Source: Octopus sinensis | Taxonomy: Eukaryota | Reading direction: 5' to 3' | DNA length: 64,000 nucleotides | Assembly (NCBI RefSeq): GCF_006345805.1 | Contig: NC_042999.1 | Span: 173,414,001-173,478,000 of the forward strand | In this document: positions 40,027 to 53,009 of the stretch, one piece after another | Layout of the letters: every line of letters begins with the position of its first letter | How positions within the stretch are numbered: the stretch's first letter is position 1 | Position numbers and translations under genes: made by a program | Notes under the pieces: generated by a model | Databases searched by the model: none | What the model saw: only the letters and a program-made list of their open reading frames with translations | Told to the model about the DNA's origin: nothing

Positions 40027-42738
40027 TAGATATAGATATATAGATATATAGATATATACTCACTCACAAACACATATCCACTTATATATATACATACTTG
40101 CATAAATACATAGATATAGCAACTGAAATGAAATATTCTTTCCGCCAGTTCACGCAACGCTATTTTTGTAATACATACAAAGATAAGTACATACACTAAT
40201 GCATACATGTATACATACACGCACGCACACACAAACGCACACACGCCGCGCACGCACTTAATACAGACATACGTATATTAATACTTACATACATACTGAT
40301 ACACATACATACATACATACATATATACTTACATACATACATAATACATATAGACGTACAAACAGACATATTTGTGGATACATGTATTATGAGTGAGAGA
40401 TGAAGATTTGTGCTAGAGAGATACATTGGTGAACTCAAGGATTAGAGTCTCTTGGATATTTTAGCGTAACTTGTCTCGTAATCTTAAGAAATAGAGTTCC
40501 ATCTGTCAACATTCTGACTACAAATCTGAATTAATCTATCGCGTTTAACTTCAAATCATCTGGGTGCGGCGAAATACATGTCAAAACTATAGTGTTTTCT
40601 GTTTGATTGACTACATTCCTCACTATATTTTGTATCAAAGGAAGCTATCAGTTTTATCGACCTTGCAAAGCATAGGAAATAGTAACATCAACAGTTGACA
40701 TTTGAAATCTCACAACCGGGTGATGCTTTAAAGTATTTAGCCTAACTGCTCTTTCAGCCAGGAACTATGGCGCTATTTTTATCGAATATTTGAAATGTAA
40801 TCCACTATCCGTTGATATTAATTCAAATTTCAGCATAGATATTATATTTCATTTTCGATTCACGTTGCTTTAATAGTTTATTACCCTTTCGAACTCACAA
40901 TACAAATATTCTTTATTTTATATTTTATTCTTGGAATCCACTTTTAATTAACTTTATTAATTAAATATTACGGTGTTATAAAATACATTTTTATTCTTGT
41001 TATTCATTTTTCATTTTTTACTGGTCCTGTTCTTTTCCTTTATTTCATGATGTAATTTGCTTCATTGATAATTTGCATTATTGATTAGCTCTATTGTAAG
41101 GTCTTTCAATTTTCGAAATTTCAAATACTGTTTGCTTTTTTCACCTTTGTGTTTGCATTTTTCTTGCAAAGGTTACTTTTATTGTATAAGAGTTGGCAGC
41201 AACTGAGTGCAAAACTGTGAACTGCTAAATCTAGTGCAGTTTCAGATCTAGGTTTAGTTCATTTTATGTTACACGTTCTCCTAGTATTCCTGGATGAGAC
41301 AGGAGAACAAGTAATTACCATTTTGCCCACTTCAAACACATCGTCATTGTTGCTAAACAAAAATGCAAAATGTAAAGTAAAAGGAACATTTAAAGTTTAC
41401 TTTTTTCAACGGCCGAATGTTATATTTCTTACAGTGGAGAAAAAAGAATTAAAGAAAATCCGTCTGAGCTGATTTCAAATTATTTGATTATTTCAAGCAC
41501 AATTTTATCAATATAATTTATTTTTTTATCTTTATTTTACACTTTATATTTATTTTAATTTTATTTTGTTTATTTATTTGTTTTTTTTAGGAAAGGCTTG
41601 AGCAGAACAACTTTCTCAATGCTTAAAATATCCGGGTTTAAGGTCCAAATAATGAAATTCATTTTTTGTTTCAGCTATATATACCGTGCAAATTTTATAT
41701 TTTACTAATTTGTCATGCCTCTAGCTGGTATCATTCGATGTAACGAAAATACAATCTAGTCAAGCCCAAATATATGCGTTGATACATATACAAAGCTCAT
41801 TAGTATAACACAGTTAAACAATACGCGTGCTATATGTCAAGTGATTACAATCTCCATATTATTCCACCATTCATACTTAAAGATATTTATGGGAATTGTA
41901 GTTGCTTGACTTGATAATGTGTTGAAATAGGAAACTGATCTTCGGTTAGGTTGACGTAAAGTGTCATCTAAAATTCTTTTGTTCATGACAGGAAAATGGG
42001 TGATTTGGTTTATCTAACTATAAACACTGCATCTCATTGATATTTTGTTCTATGCAGCTTAGTAGCCATGGATTATTATTAATTTGTATGCTTGTAGCAT
42101 TGTTTCTTTCCAAGAACAAGCATTAAACATGTTAGAAATATTTGCACTTATGTCTTAGACTGACTAATTCTATGATAATAATGAGTTTATTAGAAATATT
42201 CTTTCACCAATCGAACTATTAGTAATCATATTCTAATTACATCTAAGGTTAATAAATAAATAAATAAATAAATAACAGGCATGTACATGATTAGATTCTA
42301 TCAACTAGATGACTTCCCAGTTAGCGTGTGATCTCTCTTTGATAGTGAAAGGAGAGCGAATGGAGAAATAAAGTGTGCATGCGTGCGTATGCATGTGTGT
42401 GTGTACGTGTGTGTGCGTGCGTGTGTGTGCGTGCTTGTGTGTGTATGTGTGTGCGTGTGAAAGAGTGAGAGAGAGTAAAGATGTGTGCCTGTTGGAGTCT
42501 ATGTGCGGACATGTTTTAGCGTGTCCGGAAAACACGGAAAACAGGAAATATGGCAGGGAAAGACAGTAATGAAAGAGCAAGTCAGTTTAATTGGAACTGT
42601 CACATTATAATAATCCACTTTCTTATTCTCATTTAAACCATTCTGAAGAATATAAATTGGTTACATTCGCGTAGCACCATGCGTCACATTTATGTATCAG
42701 TATTAAAATATAATATACAGGAATACATTTTTTTTTTT

Positions 42739-43062
42739 AAAAGACTCCGCCGGTTACGACGACGAGGGTCCCAGCTGATACGATCAACGGAACAGCTTGC
42801 TCGTGAAATTAACGTGCAAATGGCTGAGCATTCCACAGACACGTGTACCCTTAACGTAGTTCTCGGGGATAATCAGCGTGACACAGAGAGTGACAAGGCT
42901 GACCCTTTGAAATACAAGTACAACTCATTTTTGCCAGCTGAGTGCACTGGAGCAACATGAAATAAAGTGTCTTGCTCAAGGACACAACGCGTCGCCGGGA
43001 ATCGAACTCACAACCTTACGATCATGAGCCGAATGCCCTAACCACTAAGCCACGCGCCCTCA
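42739..43062 (-). mobile_element. Young tRNA-derived SINE family C with 12-bp TSD
   Basis: A-box TGGCTTAGTGG and B-box GAGTTCGATTCC on the minus strand; TSD AGGAATACATTT at 42719-42730 and 43063-43074; A-rich tail. Confidence 0.92.
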
Positions 43063-43781
43063 AGGAATACATTTATATAGGTGTCAAATGATGGGTATGA
43101 GTGTGTACGTATGTTTGTGTCTTTATCTATGCGTTCATGTTTCTACGAAAGTGAAATGAAGATCTAAAAATAGGAAAAACCATGTGATAAATAGTCAAAA
43201 ATATGTTTCACGCGTTTTTAAAAACAAAAACATCAAAAGAAATAGACATTCTGTGTGTAGACAAACTTGACATTCAATTCATAACAGCTCACATGGAGAT
43301 ATAGACACAGGCACATGATTTCTAACGTATATCTGATGGTTCGGTTTCAAAAAAGTTTAGGAATTATTCAGAAATTTCAATATATACGATTTGTTTATTT
43401 GCAGCAGTCGCAGCTTGCTTTCCCAGTTTAATGCTGATCAAACAGAACTATACCCAAACGCACTCTTTCAGTCATAATCCGATACAGATAGCGTTCATTC
43501 TTAGACATAACTAATGTTATACAATGCGTTACTATGTTTTAAAAGAAGGCATACTATCGATTCGAGGGTGGTTTAACTGCTGTTTTTACCCAGTCGGACA
43601 AGCACGGAAAAGTCTCCTCGTAAACTCGAGTTTTCTATTTTACGTATATGTAGAGACTAATCAAATACAATTGACAATTATACGCGATGCTAGATCAAAC
43701 TCTCTTGAGGAAAGTAAGTTGCCAAAAATATTCCAATACGTAAGTCTAGAAAATAGATTGCATATTATTTATAAATATACA

Positions 43782-43845
<64 letters not shown>

Positions 43846-43990
43846 TTGTGTGTGTGTATGTAGTGTGTATGAATACACACGTTCATACACATATATATTT
43901 GTATATAAATGTATATGTGTGTGTGAGTGTGTGTGTATATATATGTATATATGTATATATATGTATGTATATATGAATATGTGTATATAA

Positions 43991-44051
<61 letters not shown>

Positions 44052-44056
<5 letters not shown>

Positions 44057-44525
44057 TAAGGGTGGTATTTGGGAGGTTAGGTAAACGAGGTTTAATTTTG
44101 GTCACTCCAGCTTTTTTCTTGTGTTTTAGAGTCAATCTGGCCGCTACACTGGCAATGTTTACCGGAGAACAATAGATCAGTGACCCGATTTGTCTCCTCT
44201 GAAAGCCTGTCAGAGGGTGAAAGCTATCGCATAATTTAAGTAGAGAGCGGGATTGTCTTCCCCCGCGTGGTATGTTCAAGAATGTATCGAGAACATTAAA
44301 ACTAGCCGGATAAGCGTGAAGCACGAAGAGAAGGCAGGACGTCCCTCAACATCTGTCACTGAGGTAAAGATTTGATAAGCTTGAAAGACGGTTCTGGTGA
44401 ACCGACTAGTGACCAATGATGAGCTGCTATATTCTCTGCAAATTAGTCATGGATCTGAATGAGATTATCCTCGATATTCTTACCTTCCATAGAGTCTATC
44501 GTAGATGGGTTCCAAAAGAAATGAC
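44052..44525 (+). mobile_element. Mariner transposase N-terminal (HTH) remnant
   Basis: [20 protein letters not shown]...[22 protein letters not shown], matching the mariner GRPSTS..RRVT..E...LQISHGS motif. Confidence 0.75.
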
Positions 44526-44544
44526 TGAAATATGTATATATACA

Positions 44545-44607
<63 letters not shown>

Positions 44608-44661
44608 TAGATAGATAGAGAGAGAGAGAGGGGGGGGATAGATAGATTGATAGATAGATAG

Positions 44662-44709
<48 letters not shown>

Positions 44710-44714
44710 GCATG

Positions 44715-44746
<32 letters not shown>

Positions 44747-44877
44747 ATATATATCGATATATCCATACTGCATGCCCAATGAACATAATTAAAAGCTGAA
44801 GATTAATAAGTTTAGTAAAAATATTCTTTCTTTTATTCTTTTGTTCTCATATTATTCTGATCTGTAATATTCAGTCT

Positions 44878-45203
44878 TAAAAGACTCCGCCGGTTACGAC
44901 GACGAGGGTCCCAGCTGATACGATCAACGGAACAGCTTGCTCGTGAAATTAACGTGCAAATGGCTGAGCATTCCACAGACACGTGTACCCTTAACGTAGT
45001 TCTCGGGGAAAATCAGCGTGACACAGAGAGTGACAAGGCTGACCCTTTGAAATACAAGTACAACTCATTTTTGCCAGCTGAGTGGACTGGAGCAACGTGA
45101 AATAAAGTGTCTTGCTCAAGGACACAACGCGTCGCCGGGAATCGAACTCACAACCTTACGATCATGAGCCGAATGCCCTAACCACTAAGCCACGCGCCCT
45201 CAC
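44878..45203 (-). mobile_element. Second young SINE family C copy with its own 12-bp TSD
   Basis: 3 substitutions against the 42739 copy over ~320 bp; TSD AATATTCAGTCT at 44866-44877 and 45204-45215. Confidence 0.92.
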
Positions 45204-45787
45204 AATATTCAGTCTAGACAGCTTAGCAACGACGCCACAGATTTGACTCACTGTGCTCGGTAAACTATAAACAGACGTCATTTTTATTATCTCCAAATAT
45301 TTGGTAGCTTGTTTCTCAGTCTTCTTGTATTTACCTTACTACCAAACTAAACGCTATTCTTTAGCACAACGTAATGATTACTGAAGCAAATTGTTTCTAA
45401 GCTAACTTCATTTCTATTGCCTACAAAAGTTCATATTCTCTTTTACTCTTTTAGTAATATCAGCATGAGAGCTGCGGTCAAAGTGGGGAATCGTCGCTGG
45501 CGTTGCTACACTTTCAGTACTTTAATTCACCTGATATATGACATTTGGCGAATGAAGACGTTTGATGTTCCTGCTCTCACATGTATCTTCTGCGACGAGG
45601 TAGGTTTATCGGGAACTCTTGACAGGATGAGATTTAGTTTTGCTCCAACCCACTTGGACAAGTATATGAAACTCGACTAACTGTAAAGCCACCACCCAAA
45701 ATGCAAGCATACACATTTACAACGTCATTATAAATTTGGCTGTATGTCTGCATCTGTTAGCGTTAGGATTAGGGCTAGAACTGCCAG

Positions 45788-46235
45788 TCAATAGATAAGT
45801 GCTTTGCGCGTGGGTACGAGTTGCTTTGATTTTTTTATTTCTAGCCATGCTGCTGCTGACGTTCTCCTTAGTCAATTGAGTGACGGTTGTACTTACACCT
45901 TTTATTTTTAGATTTCGACTAGCTACCTTAATAATTTACTATTTTCACTGTACCATTTTACTGAACCAGCCACTGATTCCTATGATATTTTCTATAAACT
46001 GACAAGACTAGTTCAGCTTAGCCCGGGGCAACGGAATGTTACTGATGAGGGTTAATTCGATCCGAAATCATCGACGAATTGACACTCTCACTTGCTGTAG
46101 GGAGGTTGTCTCCCTTATCACTCAATAGATAAATGCTTTGCCCGTTGGTAAGAGTTGTTTTGGCTCTTATTTCTAGCAATGCTAGTGCTGATTTGCACCC
46201 TTTGTCACTTTGGCAACGATTGTACTTTTGGTTTT
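45788..46235 (+). mobile_element. Partial tandem repeat (~335-bp period) with a hammerhead-like motif
   Basis: Direct repeat ~45788-45895 / ~46122-46228; CTGATGA GGGTT-AATTC-GATCC GAAA at 46042-46067. Confidence 0.55.
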
Positions 46236-46267
46236 GGAGTTTTTAATTGGGACTAGCCACCGGAATA

Positions 46268-46318
<51 letters not shown>

Positions 46319-46332
46319 CATTATCATCATCA

Positions 46333-46385
<53 letters not shown>

Positions 46386-46552
46386 TTCTGTCGTCTTTTT
46401 TCTGTATTTTTCTGCCTTTTTTCTTTTCGCCTGTTATAAATTTGTAACTTAAAAACTGATGATGTCATTCCATCAACGTGTGGACGCTGGTTGCTCTCGT
46501 TCATACTTTACGGTTAAATTTCTGTAATTTTAAATTTTTATCACTTCTTATT

Positions 46553-46595
46553 TTGAACTTGACAAAGACGGTCGTACTGTTGAAATATCGTTCAA
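46553..46595 (+). ncRNA. Minimal type I hammerhead motif with U3-A8 covariation
   Basis: Stem I TTGAAC/GTTCAA; core TTGACAA-A; stem II GACGG-TCGTA-CTGTT; GAAA; stem III A-TA-T; site AUC. Lies in a ~250-bp insert between (TAT)n tracts. Confidence 0.65.
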
Positions 46596-46638
46596 CTAAT
46601 AAAATATCTTACAATCGAATCGTGCTCTTCGTCTTGAC

Positions 46639-46680
<42 letters not shown>

Positions 46681-46689
46681 TTTTTTTTC

Positions 46690-47021
46690 TTCTTTCAAAT
46701 TTTCTTCCATTTCTTGCCGAGTGTCTTCCCGACTCCTAGGGCAAAGAAACTCATAGTGTATATTGGTAGGCCATTAAACCAAACTCAGTAGTTCGTTCAT
46801 TTTTTTTTTTTTTTTTAAGTTAAATTAAAATACATGAGCAGCAACACTTCTCACATCGACAATGCTCTTCTCAATACGTGTGATGTACTACTTAAGACAA
46901 TCTTTTGCACTTCTTGCAGGGATGGTAAGCTAGGGATCATTCTCATATAATTTTCGGTTCCCTTCTTGATCATTCCTAGTGCTCCTACGATCACTGGTAT
47001 TGTAACCGCCTTGAGATGCCA
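46690..47021 (-). mobile_element. 3' end of a Dong/R4-like retrotransposon in (TAA)n
   Basis: WHLKAVTIPVIVGALGMIKKGTENYMRMIPSLPSLQEVQKIVLSSTSHVLRRALSM* plus 3' UTR, with TAT repeats on both sides. Confidence 0.85.
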
Positions 47022-47096
47022 CATTATTATTATTATTATTATTATTATATTATTATTATTATTATTATTATATTATTATTATTAATATTATTATTA

Positions 47097-47137
<41 letters not shown>

Positions 47138-47155
47138 TATTACTATTATTATTAC

Positions 47156-47197
<42 letters not shown>

Positions 47198-49264
47198 CAT
47201 CATTATTGCCTTTGTACAGCTTCTAACGCTTGAGATGTACTACGGTGTCAGCTTTTCATCCTCATCGTCATTATCATTATTATTATTATTATCATATATA
47301 TTTTATTGCGTGTGCTTCTGTTTGTGTGTGTGTGTGTGTGTGTGTGTCTGTCTGTCTGTCTGTGTGTCTCTGTGATAGGACCAGCAAAAAATGTACTCAA
47401 TTAGTGATATATGTCATCGAATGAATACATAAGTTTTATGTGAACTACGTGTAGTTTCATGCTCAGATAATGTAGTAATGAGACAGGCTTTTATTGCGTG
47501 CCGTGCAGAGTACGACAATCCTACAGGTTCAAAAGACATGACTATCCTACAAGGAAATGCCACGGAAGAAAATTTCAGAAAAATTATTACCAAAAACCAG
47601 AAGAAATCGTAAAGTATTTTTTTTTAAGAGAAGGGTGATAAAGTTTATGGTACTGAATTGTTAATGAATTGTTATATCTAAGATAAATAAGCCTGGTAGG
47701 GGCGGTCGCATGGAGGACACATAGAAATATGTAAGCTCGTTTTTAGGCGTAAATATATTAAGCAGTTTTAATGCAATGTTCCGTGCAAGTAAGTACAACG
47801 TTCGCTTAGGCAAATTGGTGGAGCTGCTGTAACTCGTATCATTTCTCACATAATCAATGTGAAGCCAACATAAAGTCAGAGTCTAACAGTGCTGGATTGA
47901 ATGCTTTCATCTATTTCTTCAGGTTTTCTGCACTCGGAACTGAAACCTCATCGAGGCCAACTTTCATAGCCTTACGGCTTGATAACTCTCTCTCTATCTA
48001 TCTCTCTTTCTATCTATCTCTTTATCTCTTTCTCTGTCTCCATCTATCTTTCGCTCTCTTTCTCTCTTTCTCCATCCTTCGCTCTCTATCTCTCTGTCTT
48101 ATTCAGCTACATTGAAGTAACCGAGAGAGATGAGTTCATAGCCGCTCATATCGGTTCATATCACTGCACTTGCAATGCTTTCACCACCTCTCTTTGGACA
48201 CATATACAAAGATAATATCCTTGCTTACATAAAAAAAAAACGTTAAGTTCTAATTCGGTCATTAAAAAACATATATATCTGCCGTAGGCGATGTATGTTT
48301 CTCATATTTTTATATATGTATAACGAGACGAATACATATCAACAGAAAAGTCCTATGCACTAAAATACCTTTATCATTGTCCTGCAGGTGTACTCATTTA
48401 CATTACATTCATTCTGCACGTAGGTTAATTAATGAATAATAATATTGAGGACCTCACAAATTTGCTGGAACTACAATTGTAGGAATAAGTTTCCTGGCTT
48501 TAAACTTTATATGTATCTACTAATTGGGTATATTTAGGTTTATTGTAACTGAATTATTAGTATAGTAGTACAGTGAATTTTACTGACTTTTGAGTTTAAT
48601 TGCATAATTATATTCTCGTTCTTGTAATGGAAACTTCAGGACATTTCCTATCAAGATTCATCTGAAAAGTTAGTTACTGGTTTAATAAAAAAAAATGTAT
48701 ATATAATGGTTCTGTGTGTGTGTTTATGTGTGTGGGTGTGCACGTGCATATGTCGTTATTTAGTTTTATTTCAAGATTTCATACCAATAGAGAGAAAGAG
48801 TAGGTTTCTAACCTAGATCCAAGACTCCTTCATTGGAATTTCAACATCTACAGCGTATTGTTGTATTTATGTATGTATGTATGTATGTATGTATGTATGT
48901 ATGTACGTACGTACGTATGTATGTGTGTATGTATGTATGTATGCATGTATGTACGTACGTACGTATGTATGTATGTATATATATGTATGTATGTATATAT
49001 GTATGTATGCATGTGTGTGTGTTTGTATGTATACACGCATGCATATATACATAGTTCTGTTAGTATCGTCGTGGTGTGCTGTGCGTTGATCCTGGATTTG
49101 TTAGATATTCCATTACTCCTGGCTTTTCTAGTGTTCATATGTTTGCCGCGTTTTGAATCGTTTTTCCGCCAGATAAATGGCACGCATATTACGTATGTAT
49201 TTATGTGTTAAACATCTACATACTTGCACACACACACACTCTCTCTCTATCTTTCTCTCTCTAT

Positions 49265-49313
<49 letters not shown>

Positions 49314-49463
49314 GTACACGCATACACACATGTATGTATGTAACAGTGTATATATATATATATATGTATTGGTGATTACGTATAATCCACAAAACTTGCA
49401 CACATGTTTTACGTTTAAACATTCTTAAATATAGTGATATTCGTGACATCATGAATCATATTC

Positions 49464-49896
49464 TTTTCTACTCTGAGCACAAGGCTCGAAATTTTGAGGG
49501 GAGGTGGGGGGTCAGTCGATTAGATCGACCCAAGTACGCAACTGGTACTTATTTTATCGACCCCGAAAGAATGAATGGTAAATCGACTTCGGCGGAATTT
49601 GAACTTAGGATGTAAAGACAGACGAATTAACGCTACGTATTTCGCCCGGTGTGCTAACGTTTATTATTTCTTTATTGCCCACAAGGGGCTAAATTTAGAG
49701 GAGACAAACAAGGACAGACAAACGGATTAAGTCGAGTAATTCGACCCCAGTGTGTAACTGGTCTTTAATTTACCGACCTCGAAAGGATGAAAGGCAAAGT
49801 CGACCTCGGCGGAATTTGAACCCTGAACGTAACGGCACGAAATACCTCTAAGCATTTCGCCCGGCGCGCTAACGTTCCTGGCAGCTCGGAGCCTTA
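49464..49896 (-). mobile_element. Dimeric SINE family A with 13-bp TSD
   Basis: Two tRNA-head/core monomers (49896-49661 and 49660-49464) with different tails; TSD ATGAATCATATTC at 49451-49463 and 49902-49914. Confidence 0.85.
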
Positions 49897-50280
49897 AGAT
49901 TATGAATCATATTCATGTTGTGCATGGAATGTTTTGTAATAGCTCTATATATTTCATTCACTATTGCAACCAATGATGAATGATACTTTTTACATAACCC
50001 TAATAGTCTTTCTCTTATAAATACCTAAGAAAACTTTAAGAATATCAAATTGTTCACACATTATCTGTCCACGCAAACAAAACGCCTTCCTTTATAGTTC
50101 AGAAGTATTCTCAATTAAAATACAAACGATTCTGCTTCGTTCCGAACCTGCGTTTAAAACCTGAAAGGATTTCATCCCCTCGGCGTTGAAAAATGAAGAA
50201 CCAGTCTTAGGTCAGGATTTCATCTTCAATTTCATCTTCATTATCATCTTTATCGTTATCGTCATCATCAGCATCATGGG

Positions 50281-50317
<37 letters not shown>

Positions 50318-51039
50318 GCCACCACCACCAGCATCGTCGTTGAAGCCGTTGTCGTCAATATATTTGCACTTTCTTTTCCTCCTATTTCGTCTTCTTTCTC
50401 TCCAAAAAATCGTATTTGTTGACGTTGGAGAAGGATTGGTCGTACCAATTTTAGAACTTCAAGATATGCTACTCTCAGTCATACAGTTCTTTCTTTGTAG
50501 CTTGTGTTGAGGTGCCGAGGAAAGTTCATTCTTGATTAATTATTGCCTGGCGTTGTCAAAGCACGTACAGTTATGCATATTAGCAGTGCCAGCTTAGTAA
50601 TACCAACGTTTGTGTACACTATCAAAACCGATAATCTTATTAGGAGAAAATAATTTTCTTTCCGTTGATGGTCTAAGAAGACTGCAAACTAGTTTCATTA
50701 AATTCCCTTTTTCTCTTGAATGAAGAGATACTGGTTTCAATTTTCAACACAAGGTCAACAGTTTTAGGGGAGTGGAATAATCAATTACACAACCCCAGTA
50801 TTTAGCGGGTAGCGGGTATTTATATATTCCCAAAGGATAAAAGTCAAATTCGATTTCGGCGGAATTTTCGTAAATGAAGAGATATTAATCTGTGGCTTAT
50901 CTCTTTCTATAATTTTTTGCACCGAGGTCAAAAATCTAAGTTTATCACAAGGTTTATCTGACATTACATTTCGAAATATCAAAAAAGCAGTTAATGATTT
51001 CTTGGGACACGATATGTCGTTATGTAACCATAATATACT

Positions 51040-52022
51040 ATAAAATATTAAACGTTTTTATGAGTACCGTGTTCCACTATGTTAGCAGTGCTGTTACATC
51101 ACTTGTTAAAGTTATTTCTCTCTAAATGGTTCGCCAGACGTAACGCCCTTTTTTGATTTAATACCTTTTATAATATATAAATGTTTATTCATCAATTTTT
51201 TATTGAACGCATATTTATTGCATTACTTAAAGAAACGAATAATAAACTAATGAAACAAACCGCAGAAGTTTTAGGAAATAAAAACGAAACTCCATTAGAA
51301 ACTAGAAAACTCAGATACAAAAGGGCGTTACTTCTGCCGCACAATATATTTTCTGTAAAAAATATAGCCAGCATTGATTTTGTTATAGCGTTTCATATCC
51401 GAGACGACTGACGTAAACAAGAACGCGGTCGAAGTTGAAGAAATGGTAATGAGCGTTTATGACACATTTGAGTAGTTGTTGCCCTTCATCAGCATCCATC
51501 CAATCCATTACTCAAACATGAACTTAAATAACCAGTAAATATAGCGGTGTTACATTATTGGATGTCCCAATTTTATTTATTAAATATATTCCTGGAAGCC
51601 GGTAGATATTTATCACTTGTAGAGACATGGTATTTCGCTATGCAACCATAGCATACAACAAACGTTTTTCTAAGTGTTCTACTGTGTTAGCAGTGCTATT
51701 ACTTCACTTGTTAAGATTATCTCCACGGATTTTCTATAGAAATTACAGCCAGCACTGATTTTCTTACGAATGTGTTTAATATGTAAAATTGGTATATCCA
51801 ATAACGTTCCACCGCTATATTTAGTGGTTCTTCAAGCAAAGAGTTCGTGGATGATTTATGGATTGGCTGAGTGCTGATGAAGGAGCAAAAATTCTTGGAA
51901 TATGTTATATATGCCCATTACCCATTTTGCAACTTCGATCTCGTTGTTTGCAATCCGTACTGGTTATAATTTCTATAGAAAATCTATAGACATAACTTTA
52001 ACAAGCAGCAGTGCAGTAACAT
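51040..52022. mobile_element. Old direct-plus-inverted repeat element (Penelope-like relic)
   Basis: Direct repeat ~51048-51115 / ~51660-51722; diverged inverted repeat ~51418-51575 / ~51784-51950. Each arm has CTGATGAAGG (51874 on +, ~51483-51492 on -). Confidence 0.6.
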
Positions 52023-53009
52023 TACAAATTAATTATACACAGAGAATGTGTATATGTTTGTGTGTGTCTGTGGGCGAATTTTAGTTTTAATATGTCTCTT
52101 ACCATAGTATCGAGTTGGTACAAGCCTTCTAAATAAAACTCATAAACGAAAAATGTTTAGAAGTATGTGGTATGGCAGCACACGTGACTGAAACTACAAA
52201 ACATAGTCATATACTATCATTATGATTCCCCCAAACAATTACGTTAAATACACGTGTTTGCTAAATTATCAACCAATAACATTCTAAGTTAATGAGTAGG
52301 TTCTTCAGTAATTTGACACTTGGAACACTTGTAGTCGGAGGTCTACTACTTGTGTGTGTGCATGTCGTCTGTGTCTGTGCGAGAAAGTAACTTTATCTGT
52401 GTGTGTGTGTGTGTGTCAGTATATATACTTCTCACGTGTGTATTTGCGTCTCTGTATATCCTTAAAACTATAACATACTAAGCTTTTTTGTAGAGAACGT
52501 TGATTATTATGTTATTAGTACGTACGTGTCAACCCCATAAAGACTGTAATACTTCTATAGAATTATTATTGCATTCTGAATATTGGTGAAAACGGAAAAT
52601 ACCAGCTAAGATAGTGCTGTAATTTATCGTGATTTTGCTTTTGTAACAAATCCTACAATAGCTACATGCTGGGAACTTTTTTTTAATATATATTATTTTT
52701 TGAAGATTGCTAAGTAGTAAGAATCTTAGAATGGTAAACGAAATGTATAGGAATACTTATATAAGACTCTTTATTTTAGCATTGGCTATTTTTCGTCGTT
52801 TCGCAGCTTGTAGCTTCTCAAATATAATTGGTTGTATGCGCAATAGGATACGTAATTCCCGATATTTAATATTGAAATTATAAAGCGATATAATCTATAG
52901 CTCCAAAGAGACTCTGAACCGCCCAGCGAAATTCGTTTTAAATTTATATATTTATATATATAAATATATATATATATATACACAGAATACACTGTTTTAA
53001 TTTGATATT

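Noticed and set aside
41160-41740. Cluster of short + strand exon-like segments with strong polypyrimidine tracts (similar at ~31729 and ~60381)
   Set aside because: I could not join them into an open frame; stops are present and T-rich tracts are common here. RNA-seq would be needed.
42980-43062. tRNA gene candidates (also 45125-45203, 17128-17200, 57213-57300)
   Set aside because: A/B boxes are present but belong to SINE heads with bodies and, in several cases, TSDs; no complete cloverleaf is evident.
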